A DNA stretch of 64,000 nucleotides from an archaeon (GCA_016432545.1 CP066694.1:1307206-1371205), one strand, 5' to 3'. Shown: positions 14,497 through 24,151, counted from the first letter of the stretch. Numbers and translations: made by a program. Notes: a model not told the origin generated them from the sequence alone.

Positions 14497-16647
14497 ATGT
14501 CCGCCCGGGCCCCTCTGACTGTTCCGATGGGCAAGGAGGCCGAGCTCTTCCGCCCCCTCCCAAGCGGTAGGATTCAGTGCACCGCCTGCGCCCGCAACTG
14601 CCAGATTGGTGAGGGTCAGGTCGGGTTCTGTGGAGTAAGAGGAGTGGTCGGCGGCAGTCTCTACCTTCTGGTCTACGGGAAGGTCATGGCCGGGCACATC
14701 GACCCGATTGAGAAGAAGCCGGTGGTCCACTATCGGCCCGGGTCAAAGATCTTCTCGATCGCCACAAGCGGATGTTCATGGGCGTGCCATCCGGCTGGGT
14801 CTCAGGTCTTACTTTCGGACGGCACGACGAAGGCGGTTGAAAGCGTGCTTCCTGGCGACATGCTTTGGTCTTACGACATCAATGCGGGGATGCGCATCGA
14901 ACCCAACGTCGTTACCCATGCGCAGATGTTGACTGGAAGACTTTGGGAGGTGACATACGGCGATAACGACCAAAGACCAATCCTTCTGACAGAAGAGCAC
15001 CCCGTCCTCACCAAGGAGGGCTGGAAGGTGGTCAGCCAATTGGGTGCAGGAGACGAGATTCTTCGGGTTTGGCAGGCACAAACAGAGAGCTGGAACAAGA
15101 AACACGCTGCCCGCGGCAGAACAGGGTTTTTCACCTGCCACAAGTGCGGAGAGAAGCTCATAGGATATGACGACTGGAACCGCCACCGGGGGCGGTGTTA
15201 TACTCTGGGCATGAAGCACTCGGATGAATCGCTCCTCCGAAGCCGCGAGCGGATGAAGGCCAACAACCCGATGAAAGACCCTGATGTGGCCCGGCGTGCG
15301 CTCCAGTCCAGCAAGGAGCGTTTCCTCAGAGATGACACGCATGGATGGCACAGAAACGTCGAGCGACTGCGGACCTGGCTTCATCAGCATCCGTCGAAGT
15401 CTCAGCTCAAACTCTATCCATTGCTGGACTCCTTGGAAATGCCGTACGAGAAGGAGTACCGAGTCAAGTTAGAGAAGCGGCTCGAACACTCGAAGTCGTA
15501 CTACATTGCAGACGCAGCTTTCGTGGAAGAAAAGTTAGATGTCGAGGTCGACGGATGGTGGCACTATCACGACCCTGAAGTCCAAGCCAGTGATCGCATT
15601 AGGGACGAGACCCTCCGAGCAAACGGTTGGGACGTGCTCAGAATCTCTGGCTCCTATTTGTTCAACCACTCCGAAGAGTCGAAAGCACTCGTGGTAGCTC
15701 GTCTGTCGAAGCCCCAGATGGCAAACATGAGGCTCTGGGTTGATGTAAAGTCGTCCCGACCCACTGACAGACAAGAGGCAGTTTACAGTTTCGAAACTAT
15801 CACCGACCACAATTATGTTGCGGATGGGATTCTTGTCCATAATTGTTCATACTGTCAAAATAGCGACATCAGCCAGCTGCGCAAGATCGAAGGGGTCGAT
15901 GCGAGGCCCGATGAAATCGTCTCCAACGCGGTCTCCTACGGCTGCGAGGGGATCGCCTATACTTACAACCAGCCGACAATCTTCATGGAGTACGCCCGGG
16001 ACGTCGGTCGCCTGGCCCGCTCCAAGGGCCTCTTCAACATCTTCGTCTCCAACGGCTACGACACCCCTGAAGCCGTCTCGATGATGAACGAATTCCTAGA
16101 TTGCGTCACAGTAGACTTCAAGGGGAGCGGGGAGACCGGCTTCGTCCGAAAGTACATCTCGATCCCAAACGCCGACCCCATCTTCCAGAGCCTCCTCGAG
16201 GTCAAGGAGAAGACCAAGGTGCACGTCGAGATAACCGATCTCATCGTCCCCGAGGTCGGCGAGTCCCTCGAGGCCGCCGAGAAGCTCTGCCGCTGGGTCT
16301 ACGACAAAATGGGCCCGGAGACTCCGGTCCACTTCCTGCGCTTCCATCCCGACTACAAGATGATGGACCTTCCCCTTACCCCTGTCAAGACGCTTGAAAG
16401 GCACTACGACATCGCGAAGAAAGCCGGGCTCAACTACGTCTACATCGGGAACGTCCCTGGCCACCCCGCCGAGAGCACGTACTGCCCGGGCTGCGGGGGC
16501 GTCCTCATCAAGCGGAACGGGTACGAGATACTGGGCTACAACCTCGACTCGCAGAACCGGTGCACCACCTGCGGGACAAAGACGCCGATCGTCGGCCCGC
16601 TCAGCAAGTCTTACGCTGACGACCGCTTCCTGCCCGTGATTAACTGA
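14497..16647 (+). CDS. AmmeMemoRadiSam-type radical SAM enzyme interrupted by an intein
   Basis: N-extein: IQCTACARNCQIGEGQVGFCGVR...DPIEKKPVVHYRPGSKIFSIATSGCSWA. C-extein: CSYCQNSDISQ... Joining the exteins restores GCSWACSYCQN (CX3CX2C). The mature length would be 363 aa. Confidence 0.85.
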   Translation: MSARAPLTVPMGKEAELFRPLPSGRIQCTACARNCQIGEGQVGFCGVRGVVGGSLYLLVYGKVMAGHIDPIEKKPVVHYRPGSKIFSIATSGCSWACHPAGSQVLLSDGTTKAVESVLPGDMLWSYDINAGMRIEPNVVTHAQMLTGRLWEVTYGDNDQRPILLTEEHPVLTKEGWKVVSQLGAGDEILRVWQAQTESWNKKHAARGRTGFFTCHKCGEKLIGYDDWNRHRGRCYTLGMKHSDESLLRSRERMKANNPMKDPDVARRALQSSKERFLRDDTHGWHRNVERLRTWLHQHPSKSQLKLYPLLDSLEMPYEKEYRVKLEKRLEHSKSYYIADAAFVEEKLDVEVDGWWHYHDPEVQASDRIRDETLRANGWDVLRISGSYLFNHSEESKALVVARLSKPQMANMRLWVDVKSSRPTDRQEAVYSFETITDHNYVADGILVHNCSYCQNSDISQLRKIEGVDARPDEIVSNAVSYGCEGIAYTYNQPTIFMEYARDVGRLARSKGLFNIFVSNGYDTPEAVSMMNEFLDCVTVDFKGSGETGFVRKYISIPNADPIFQSLLEVKEKTKVHVEITDLIVPEVGESLEAAEKLCRWVYDKMGPETPVHFLRFHPDYKMMDLPLTPVKTLERHYDIAKKAGLNYVYIGNVPGHPAESTYCPGCGGVLIKRNGYEILGYNLDSQNRCTTCGTKTPIVGPLSKSYADDRFLPVIN
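14785..15843 (+). mobile_element. intein (353 aa) with C2HC finger, NUMOD3-like segment and Vsr/DUF559-like PD-(D/E)XK nuclease domain
   Basis: Starts with Cys (CHPAGSQVLLSDGTTKAVESVLPGD) and ends in ILVHN followed by the +1 Cys. The length is in frame (1059 nt). Internal segment: YYIADAAFVEEKLDVEVDGWWHYHDPEVQASDRIRDETLRANGWDVLRISGSYL. Confidence 0.85.
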
Positions 16648-17587
16648 CAGCTTTCACTTCGAGCTTCTGCTTCACGAACTTCTCGGCGTCCAACAGGGCC
16701 TTGCAACCGTCCGCGGCCGCGGTGACCGCCTGCCTGTACCGAAAGTCGTGCACGTCCCCGGCGACGAAGACCCCCGGGACGCTGCTCTCAGTGTGGTTCT
16801 TGACCGCCACGTAACCCTTCTCGTCCAGCTCGACCTGCCCCCTGAAGATCTCGGTGTTGGGGTCGTACCCGATTGCCACGAAGACCCCGTCGAGCTCCAG
16901 CGTGCTTTCGCCTCCGGTCTTGAGGTTCTTCGTCTTGATCCCGTGCACCTTTCCGTCCCCGAGCACCTCGGTCACGGCCGTGTCCCACAGGAAGCTGATC
17001 TTGGGGTTCTCTCGGGCCTCCTTCTGCAGGGCTGCGCTCGCCCTCAACTCGTCCCTCCTGTGGATGACCTGGACCGAAGACGCGAACTTTGTCAGGAAGG
17101 TCGCCTCCTCCATGGCGGTGTCTCCCCCTCCTACGACAGCGACCTTCTTCCCCCTGAAGAAGAAACCGTCGCAGACCGCGCAGTTCGATACGCCCCTGCC
17201 CATCAGCTTCATCTCCGACGAGAGGTTCAGGCGCCTCGGGTTGGCTCCTGTCGCTATGATCACGCTCAAAGTCCTGGTGACGCCCGACTCGGTGTAGACT
17301 TCGAACGGATGCCTCCGGAAGTCCACCTTGACCACGTCATCCTGGACAAGCCTGGCGCCCAGCCTCTCGGCCTGGGCTCTCATCTTCATAATCAGGTCGG
17401 GGCCGAGCACGGGGTCAGGGAAGCCCGGAAAGTTCTCCACGTCGCTGGTAAGCATTAGCTGCCCTCCGTACTTCGTTCCCATGTAGACCAGGGGGTTGAG
17501 GTCGGCCCTGCAGCCATAGATCGCGGCCGTCAGCCCGGCCGGACCAGAACCGATGATCACCAGCTTCTCTACCGAGTCGCTACTCAT
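16640..17587 (-). CDS. trxB: thioredoxin-disulfide reductase
   Basis: VIIGSGPAGLTAAIY, the redox-active CAVCDG site and a second GGGDTAMEEA nucleotide-binding motif. Confidence 0.9.
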   Translation of the reverse strand: MSSDSVEKLVIIGSGPAGLTAAIYGCRADLNPLVYMGTKYGGQLMLTSDVENFPGFPDPVLGPDLIMKMRAQAERLGARLVQDDVVKVDFRRHPFEVYTESGVTRTLSVIIATGANPRRLNLSSEMKLMGRGVSNCAVCDGFFFRGKKVAVVGGGDTAMEEATFLTKFASSVQVIHRRDELRASAALQKEARENPKISFLWDTAVTEVLGDGKVHGIKTKNLKTGGESTLELDGVFVAIGYDPNTEIFRGQVELDEKGYVAVKNHTESSVPGVFVAGDVHDFRYRQAVTAAADGCKALLDAEKFVKQKLEVKAVS

Positions 17588-17649
17588 CGAGAATGCGCGC
17601 CTTTGCCCGCCTCATAAATTTGCCCCTGGGGAGTAGAGGTGGAGCGGGC

Positions 17650-19308
17650 CTAGAGGAGCTTCGCTTCCTTCTGGACCACGTGGAGCTCATCCGAAAGCTG
17701 GTTGAGCGCCCGTTCGAGCCTCTTGGTGTACTGCGGGAGGAGCCTGTCGTAGACCTCCTTCCTCATCCTCCTCATGTAGTACTGTTCGTACAGGTTCAGC
17801 TTGTCCTTGGTCGCCCTGTCGACCTCCCTCTCTGTCGCGTGGATTTGGTTGAGCAGGTCGAAGAACTTCTGAGTCGTCGACTTCTGCTTGACCTCGTTGA
17901 GCCTCTGGAGGGCCCTGCTCCTGAACGCGTCGAGCCTCCCCCGAACTTCAGCGAAGTACTCCTTGTCGAATTCGTTGGGGTCCTGGCCCGAGATCTCGGC
18001 CCACATCCCGTTGATCAGGGTCGTCTTTTCGTCAAAGGCCTGCACCATGGCAGATGCGCGCTCGGTGGAAGACTCTTCCTCCGTCTCCTCCTCCTCGGTG
18101 ACGGTGCTCCTCGTGACAATCAGACCAACTAGGAGCAGGACGAACACCACTGACGCACCGGGAATCGCCGATTCGACGCCCCATCCGACCGTAGGCGCGT
18201 AGGCTACGCTCACACTTCCTTCCCGCCTAGGTGCGACGTTGGTGAAGGCTCCGGGCGGGGCAGTCACGACCCTGACCCCGTTGGGGACGGTCACGGCAAT
18301 CTTGTATCCGGATACGAACGCGTCGATGGGCGGGGTGTTGGGCAGGTTGAGGACGACCTGACCCCCGGAGGTGGTGTAGTATTTCGAATCCGGCGCGTAC
18401 CTGTAAGTCACAGTGTAGTTTGACCCGGGCGGAACCGGGCTCGCCACGACAGAGGCGGAGAGCGGGATTATGTAGTTGGTAAGGGCGAACCTGACCGGGC
18501 CGAGGAGGCGCGGCTCGATCGGGGGCAGCAGGGTCACCAGGACCCCGGAGGGCGCGAGAGGCTTTACGACCAGGATGTTCAGCTGGTTGGCCCCCAGGTT
18601 CTCAAATGAGATCGAGTCTGTGATTAAGGGAGTCCCGTCGGGGGCGGCTGAGACTGTCCTCGATGCTGAATAGACTGCCAATGGGTGGAGGTCCTCTGCC
18701 GTGGATGTTATGACGGCCCTGATCGAAGTGTTGGCGATTCCAGGGCTAAGGCTCGCGATCGTGTTCGAGTAAGTCACGTTGCTTCCAGCGGAAAGGTCCT
18801 TCAGGCCCTTCGGTCTGGAGGTCAGAACGGTCGAGGGCGGCATCTTGACCACTTCGACGATCTTGTCCACGGTGATGCTGATCGAGGGCCTAGCGAGGAG
18901 CTCGACTACAAGGCTACCGTTCGCCGCCTTCCAGACCATCCCGGTCATGAGCACGGTCAGCGTGAAGTTCTTGGACCCGGACGGAGCTATTGTGCCTCCC
19001 CCGATTACAGTGAACGGGCCGTTGGGCGACTGCGCCGCCAGGCTGAATCCATCACCGATTAGAGAGTAGTTCGCAACCTTGGACGACAGGTTCCCAAACC
19101 CGATCGTCACCGAGGGCACGTCGGCGCCCGTCGTCGAGTTGCTGGAGAAGATGAAGGTCTCGTTGACGTAGGCGTACCCGTATCTCTGGATCTGGTACAC
19201 GCTGCGCACGACCACGTGGGGGGAGCCCTGAGCCTGGGCCAGGGGAACCGACGAAGCGACAGAGACGGCAAGGAGGAGCAAGAAGAAACCTGATACAAAG
19301 CGCTTCAA
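17650..19308 (-). CDS. type I membrane glycoprotein-like protein (signal peptide, large ectodomain, one TM, coiled-coil tail)
   Basis: Signal peptide MKRFVSGFFLLLLAVSVASSVPLAQA, many N-x-S/T sequons, TM segment ASVVFVLLLVGLIV, then an acidic and coiled-coil tail. Confidence 0.6.
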   Translation of the reverse strand: MKRFVSGFFLLLLAVSVASSVPLAQAQGSPHVVVRSVYQIQRYGYAYVNETFIFSSNSTTGADVPSVTIGFGNLSSKVANYSLIGDGFSLAAQSPNGPFTVIGGGTIAPSGSKNFTLTVLMTGMVWKAANGSLVVELLARPSISITVDKIVEVVKMPPSTVLTSRPKGLKDLSAGSNVTYSNTIASLSPGIANTSIRAVITSTAEDLHPLAVYSASRTVSAAPDGTPLITDSISFENLGANQLNILVVKPLAPSGVLVTLLPPIEPRLLGPVRFALTNYIIPLSASVVASPVPPGSNYTVTYRYAPDSKYYTTSGGQVVLNLPNTPPIDAFVSGYKIAVTVPNGVRVVTAPPGAFTNVAPRREGSVSVAYAPTVGWGVESAIPGASVVFVLLLVGLIVTRSTVTEEEETEEESSTERASAMVQAFDEKTTLINGMWAEISGQDPNEFDKEYFAEVRGRLDAFRSRALQRLNEVKQKSTTQKFFDLLNQIHATEREVDRATKDKLNLYEQYYMRRMRKEVYDRLLPQYTKRLERALNQLSDELHVVQKEAKLL

Positions 19309-19364
19309 GGGAACGGGCCAACGCCGCTACGTTCTTATTTTAAGCGTTTTTCGAGCCAAAAAAG

Positions 19365-20744
19365 ATGGGACAACCTCAATCGCGCCATCCGCTCCTCCCC
19401 AATCTCGACGAGGCCCTCGTGGCCAAGATGCTGTCCAAGATCGGCGCAAAGTCCATCGACGAGCTCTTCTCCGACATACCCCCTGGCGTAAGGCTCGGGC
19501 GGGCGCTCAAAGTCCCTGAGGGCGGATCCGAGTACTCTGTAAGGCGGGACGTTCAGAACAGGCTCTCGGCCAACAAGACCCCCCCAGGGTCGCTCTGCTT
19601 CCTTGGTGGAGGCGTCTGGCCACACTACATCCCCGCGGTCGTCGAGTCGATCATGTCCAGGAACGAGTTCTACACTGCCTACACGCCATACCAGGCGGAA
19701 ATCAGCCAGGGCATACTCCAGGCCCTCTTCGAATACCAGAGCCTGATGTGCGACCTCCTCGGCATGGAGGCCTGCAACAGCTCGATGTACGACTGGGCCT
19801 CCGCCGCGGGCGAAGCGGTGAGGATGGCCGCCAGGGTGACCGGTAGGAAGAAGGTCCTGGTGGCGGAGAGCACAAGCCCCAGAAGGCTCGCGGTGATCCG
19901 CACCTACAGCGAGGCTATGGGCGTAGAGATCGTGCCGGTCTCCTTCGACCGGTCCACCGGGACACTCGACTCCTCAGACCTTGTCAAGAAGGCGCCCGAC
20001 TCGGCGTGCCTCTACATCGAGAACCCCAACTACTTCGGGGTCATCGAAGAGGAGTCAGAGCGGGTCGCCTCGCTGGTGAAGGCCTCGGGAGGGCTGACCA
20101 TCGTCGGGGTCGACCCGATATCACTGTCCTTAGTCCGCGAGCCAGGTTCCTACGGGGCAGACATCGTGGTCGGTGAGGGGCAGCCCCTCGGCATCCCGAT
20201 GAACTACGGCGGGCCTCACCTGGGGATCTTCGCCGTCAAGGACCTCAAGCTGGCCCGGAGCATGCCAGGCAGGCTGATTGGCCTCACCTCCTCGGTCGCA
20301 GACCCGGCCAGGAAGGCCTTCGCCATGGTCCTGCAGGCCAGGGAACAGCACATCCGCAGAGAGGGAGCGACCTCCAACGTCTGCACCAACCAGTCGCTGA
20401 TGGCGGTCGCGGCCGCATGCTACCTCTCCCTCCTGGGGAAGGAGGGCTTCCGCTCGCTCGGCGAGGCGGTAATCGCCAACTCTCACTACGCGTCCAGGAG
20501 GCTCTCGAAGGTCAAGGGGGTCTCTTCGCCCCACTTCTCCGGCTCGTTCTTCAAAGAGTTCGTCGTTTCATACGAAAAGGCCCGGGCACCCGCAGTCCAC
20601 GAGCGCCTCGCAAAGGCGAACGTCCTGGCTGGATACCCGCTCGAGCCGGCGACAGGCATCAACGGAGGCGTATACTGCGTCACTGAAGTACACACCCGGG
20701 AAGACATCGAACGTCTCTCGTCCGCGCTGGAGGGGGCCCTGTAG
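19365..20744 (+). CDS. gcvPA: glycine dehydrogenase (decarboxylating) subunit 1
   Basis: Full-length family-typical sequence, directly followed by subunit 2. Confidence 0.9.
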   Translation: MGQPQSRHPLLPNLDEALVAKMLSKIGAKSIDELFSDIPPGVRLGRALKVPEGGSEYSVRRDVQNRLSANKTPPGSLCFLGGGVWPHYIPAVVESIMSRNEFYTAYTPYQAEISQGILQALFEYQSLMCDLLGMEACNSSMYDWASAAGEAVRMAARVTGRKKVLVAESTSPRRLAVIRTYSEAMGVEIVPVSFDRSTGTLDSSDLVKKAPDSACLYIENPNYFGVIEEESERVASLVKASGGLTIVGVDPISLSLVREPGSYGADIVVGEGQPLGIPMNYGGPHLGIFAVKDLKLARSMPGRLIGLTSSVADPARKAFAMVLQAREQHIRREGATSNVCTNQSLMAVAAACYLSLLGKEGFRSLGEAVIANSHYASRRLSKVKGVSSPHFSGSFFKEFVVSYEKARAPAVHERLAKANVLAGYPLEPATGINGGVYCVTEVHTREDIERLSSALEGAL

Positions 20745-20745
20745 C

Positions 20746-22224
20746 ATGCCGGACAGGTTCAGGCAGGCCAGATGGGACGAGCCGCTCATCAAGGACCTGA
20801 GCCGGCCGGGGCGAGTGGGCATGCTCGCTCCGAGCGACCCCGACGTCATGGCCGAATTCGCCGACCCAATGGCCCTCGTCCCAGCGTCCATGAGGCGGGC
20901 CTCGGTCAGACTCCCCGAGCTCTCTGAGCTCCAGGTCCTGAGGCACTTCAACCGCCTGTCCCAGATGAACTTCTCCGTCGAGCTCGGCATGTACCCCCTG
21001 GGAAGCTGCACCATGAAGTACAACCCGAAGGTCTCCGAGATGATAGCGGGCTCTGACACCATGAAGAACGCTCATCCCCTCCAGCCGGCCGAAACAGTCC
21101 AGGGCATCCTTTCGATCTTCTACGAGCTGGAGCGCGCCCTCTCGGAGATCGCCGGGATGAGCAGGTTCTCCCTCTCGACCGCAGCCGGAGCCCAGGGCGA
21201 GCTCGCAGGGGTCCTGATCATGCGGAAGTTCCTCAGAGACCAGGGTCGCCCCGAGAAGGACGAGATCCTTGTCCCCGACTCCGCCCACGGTACGAACCCG
21301 GCCAGCGCAGCGATGGCGGGCTTCAAGGTGGTCAAGGTCCAGTCAGACGCCTCAGGCCTTGTCAGGGCCAGGGCCGTGTCAGAGCTTGCAGGCCCCAAGA
21401 CTGCGGGGATGATGTTCACCGTCCCCAACACCCTGGGCCTCTTCGAGAGCGAAGTCGTCGAGGTCTCCAAGGCGGTCCACGACGCAGGCGGCCTGATGTA
21501 CTACGACGGGGCGAACATGAACGCCCTCCTGGGGAGGGCACGCCCCGGCGACATGGGCTTTGACATCGTCCACCTCAACCTCCACAAGACCTTCGCTACC
21601 CCCCACGGCGGCGGCGGCCCTGGGGCTGGGCCAGTGGGCGTGAGCAAGGAACTCGCGGACTACCTTCCAGTCCCTGTCGTCTCAAGCGAGGGGGGCAAAT
21701 ACTCGCTTGACTACGGTCTCAAGAACACCATCGGGCCGCTCAAGGGATTCGTGGGTAACTCCGCCATCCTCCTGAGGGCGTACGTCTACATGAGACTCCT
21801 CGGCGCCTCGGGGCTCTCCAACGTCTCCTCGCTCGCGGTCTTGGCAGCCAACTACCTGTGGAAGAGCCTCGACCCCGCGGCCTTCCCCGCCTCCCATGCG
21901 CCCAACCTTAGGAGGAAGCACGAGGCGGTGGTCTCAGTGAAGAGCGACCTGCCGGGCGGCGCCATGACCGTGGCCAAGGCGATCCTCGACTACGGGATGC
22001 ACTCCCCCACGGTCTACTTCCCCCTTATCGTCAGCGAGGCCCTCATGATCGAGCCGACCGAGTCAGAACCGCTGGAGATGTTAGACGAGTACGCCTCCGC
22101 GCTCAACGAGATCTACGACTCGATGAAGGCCGGGACTCTCGGACCCGTCCCGAAGAACACGAGCATCGGGAAGATCGACGAAGTCAAGGCGTCGCATCCG
22201 ATGACGCTGAAGGTCCACTGGTGA
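20746..22224 (+). CDS. gcvPB: glycine dehydrogenase (decarboxylating) subunit 2
   Basis: PLP-lysine region HLNLHKTFATPHGGGGPGAGP. Confidence 0.9.
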   Translation: MPDRFRQARWDEPLIKDLSRPGRVGMLAPSDPDVMAEFADPMALVPASMRRASVRLPELSELQVLRHFNRLSQMNFSVELGMYPLGSCTMKYNPKVSEMIAGSDTMKNAHPLQPAETVQGILSIFYELERALSEIAGMSRFSLSTAAGAQGELAGVLIMRKFLRDQGRPEKDEILVPDSAHGTNPASAAMAGFKVVKVQSDASGLVRARAVSELAGPKTAGMMFTVPNTLGLFESEVVEVSKAVHDAGGLMYYDGANMNALLGRARPGDMGFDIVHLNLHKTFATPHGGGGPGAGPVGVSKELADYLPVPVVSSEGGKYSLDYGLKNTIGPLKGFVGNSAILLRAYVYMRLLGASGLSNVSSLAVLAANYLWKSLDPAAFPASHAPNLRRKHEAVVSVKSDLPGGAMTVAKAILDYGMHSPTVYFPLIVSEALMIEPTESEPLEMLDEYASALNEIYDSMKAGTLGPVPKNTSIGKIDEVKASHPMTLKVHW

Positions 22225-22323
22225 AGGGATTCTAGGCTCCTAGACGGCCGGGGGGCAAGCCCATCAAGCAAGTGCACGCCTCGCAAATTCCTAAGTATCG
22301 CCCTCTTACAATAGACATCTGGG

Positions 22324-22683
22324 ATGAAGGCCTTTGCAATTCTTGGGATAGTTCTCATGGGAATCGCCCTTGTCCTGGCTGCTTTCGGCACTCACTACGC
22401 GACCAGCTATGAGTTACGGCAAATGCTGCCCCCGCCCACGGTCTCCTGCCCACAACTCGACTCGTGTAATGGCTTAGTCTATTTCCTAACTGAGCCAATA
22501 ACCCACGCTGACTTCATCCTAAACTACGCAGGGATTTTCTTGTCCTTCCTAGGGGCCATATTATTCAGTGGGGTGTATGTACGTTCTCCTCGCGGTTTAC
22601 GTAAGCGGAACGCTGATCGTCAATCTCCCGAGATGAAGGGGAGCAATCGAAGCCAAAAGTCATATAGCATGAAGATGGCGTGA
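22324..22683 (+). CDS. hypothetical membrane protein
   Basis: 119-aa ORF with two or three hydrophobic segments. Its stop overlaps the next GTG start. Confidence 0.45.
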   Translation: MKAFAILGIVLMGIALVLAAFGTHYATSYELRQMLPPPTVSCPQLDSCNGLVYFLTEPITHADFILNYAGIFLSFLGAILFSGVYVRSPRGLRKRNADRQSPEMKGSNRSQKSYSMKMA

Positions 22684-23006
22684 AGTTCGAGATGGAGAGC
22701 GACCTCGTGGCACGGGTCACCGAACGTCTCAAGGACATCTTGGACGAAGAGACGAACAGGAAGCTCGGCGAACTGAACACCATCACCGACGTCTCCGAGC
22801 TCCAGCCCGGCACCATCAGGGTCAGGTTCCGCCCGCTTTCGGCCTACAGTCCACTGGCCGTGGACGTCGGCCGGAGCATCCGCGACGCCTGCACGTCAGT
22901 GGAGGGCGTGGCCGCAGTCAGGGTCGAGTGCGTGGGGCACATGATGGACGACCTCGTCAACCGCATCGTCAACAAGGACGAGATCAAGCCAAAGGCCGTC
23001 GGTTAG
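22680..23006 (+). CDS. DUF59/MIP18-like protein (lacks the usual Cys)
   Basis: Size and pattern fit (TIRVRFRPLSAYSPLAVDVG...VEGVAAVRVEC). AYSP replaces the usual CP. Confidence 0.45.
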   Translation: MKFEMESDLVARVTERLKDILDEETNRKLGELNTITDVSELQPGTIRVRFRPLSAYSPLAVDVGRSIRDACTSVEGVAAVRVECVGHMMDDLVNRIVNKDEIKPKAVG

Positions 23007-23115
23007 GAAAATCTCCGCCGAAAGTGCGCTGTCAACAATCTGTGTACACTTTGTCTAATGTTCTACTGGAGGGCATTGTAAATGCCCGGCGGCACATGGG
23101 GCACGCGCCCAACCA

Positions 23116-24141
23116 ATGTTATCTAAGAATCGCCCGGAAATCACTGCCATCGGCATCGGCAGCGCGGGTTGCAAACTTGTCTCGCTCCTGAGCAGAAGGT
23201 CTCTCCTCGTGGAGAGGTTCGTCTACGTCTCCTGCGACGAAGGGGACCTTACGTTCGCAGACCCTCAAGACTCGATCCTCCTAGAGTCGCCAGTCGACCA
23301 GAAGCTGAGCCCCTCGCTCGTCAGGGGCCTGGCAAACGCCTCCATCTCAAGGATCCGTGAAGCTCTCGCAGGCTCCAAAGTGGTCTTCGTGGTCGCTGGC
23401 CTCGGCGGGGCGACCGGCAGCGGCCTCTCACCCCTGGTGGCCTCCCTTGCGAGCGAGGGCGGGGCGATAACGGTCGGGGTCGCGATGATGCCTTTCGAGT
23501 TCGAGAAGAAGATGAAGTTCTACGCGGGGGTCTCGCTAAAGCACCTCAGAGCCGCCTCGAGGGGCGTGATAGTCGTCGACAACGACGTCCTGATGTCCTC
23601 CACGGGGGACTCGACCCTCACCGGGCTCTACGACTCGGCCAACAGGCAGGCTGTCAAGGCCCTTGGTTCGCTCCTCTCAAGGTCCTCTGGAACCTCCGTA
23701 GCGGTCGGCCTCAACAAGGTCCTCGCAACCGTGCTCCAAGAAGGCTACTCTCTCCTGGGGGTCTCCAACAGTGGTACCGTCGACAAGGCGGAGGACGCTC
23801 TGGCGGGCGCAGTCCTTTCAATCGGGAAGCTTGCAGAGGCGAAGGAGGCCAGCCATGCCGTCGTCATACTCAACGGCAACTCCTCCCTCTCCGGGAAGGA
23901 GGTGGGCCTGGTCGTCGGGCGCCTCGGCTCGATGATCAACAACCAGTCGGTGGACGTGGAGTACGGAGTCAAGTACTCCGGGTCTTCACAGCTCCAGGTT
24001 AGCCTCCTCGCGTCCGGCTTCACCTCGACAAAGTACGACGACTACGACCCCCTGAACAAGATCCTCGGCAAGAGGGTCATAGACGGGGAGATGGACTTCG
24101 CCCTCCCCGAAGGGTTGGAAGGACTACAGTCCTGCGAATAG
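23116..24141 (+). CDS. divergent FtsZ/tubulin-family protein
   Basis: ITAIGIGSAGCKLV (G-box 1), VVFVVAGLGGATGSGLSPLVA (tubulin signature-like), VGVAMMPFEFEKKMK, VIVVDNDVLM. Confidence 0.65.
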   Translation: MLSKNRPEITAIGIGSAGCKLVSLLSRRSLLVERFVYVSCDEGDLTFADPQDSILLESPVDQKLSPSLVRGLANASISRIREALAGSKVVFVVAGLGGATGSGLSPLVASLASEGGAITVGVAMMPFEFEKKMKFYAGVSLKHLRAASRGVIVVDNDVLMSSTGDSTLTGLYDSANRQAVKALGSLLSRSSGTSVAVGLNKVLATVLQEGYSLLGVSNSGTVDKAEDALAGAVLSIGKLAEAKEASHAVVILNGNSSLSGKEVGLVVGRLGSMINNQSVDVEYGVKYSGSSQLQVSLLASGFTSTKYDDYDPLNKILGKRVIDGEMDFALPEGLEGLQSCE

Positions 24142-24151
24142 CCCCGGCCCT

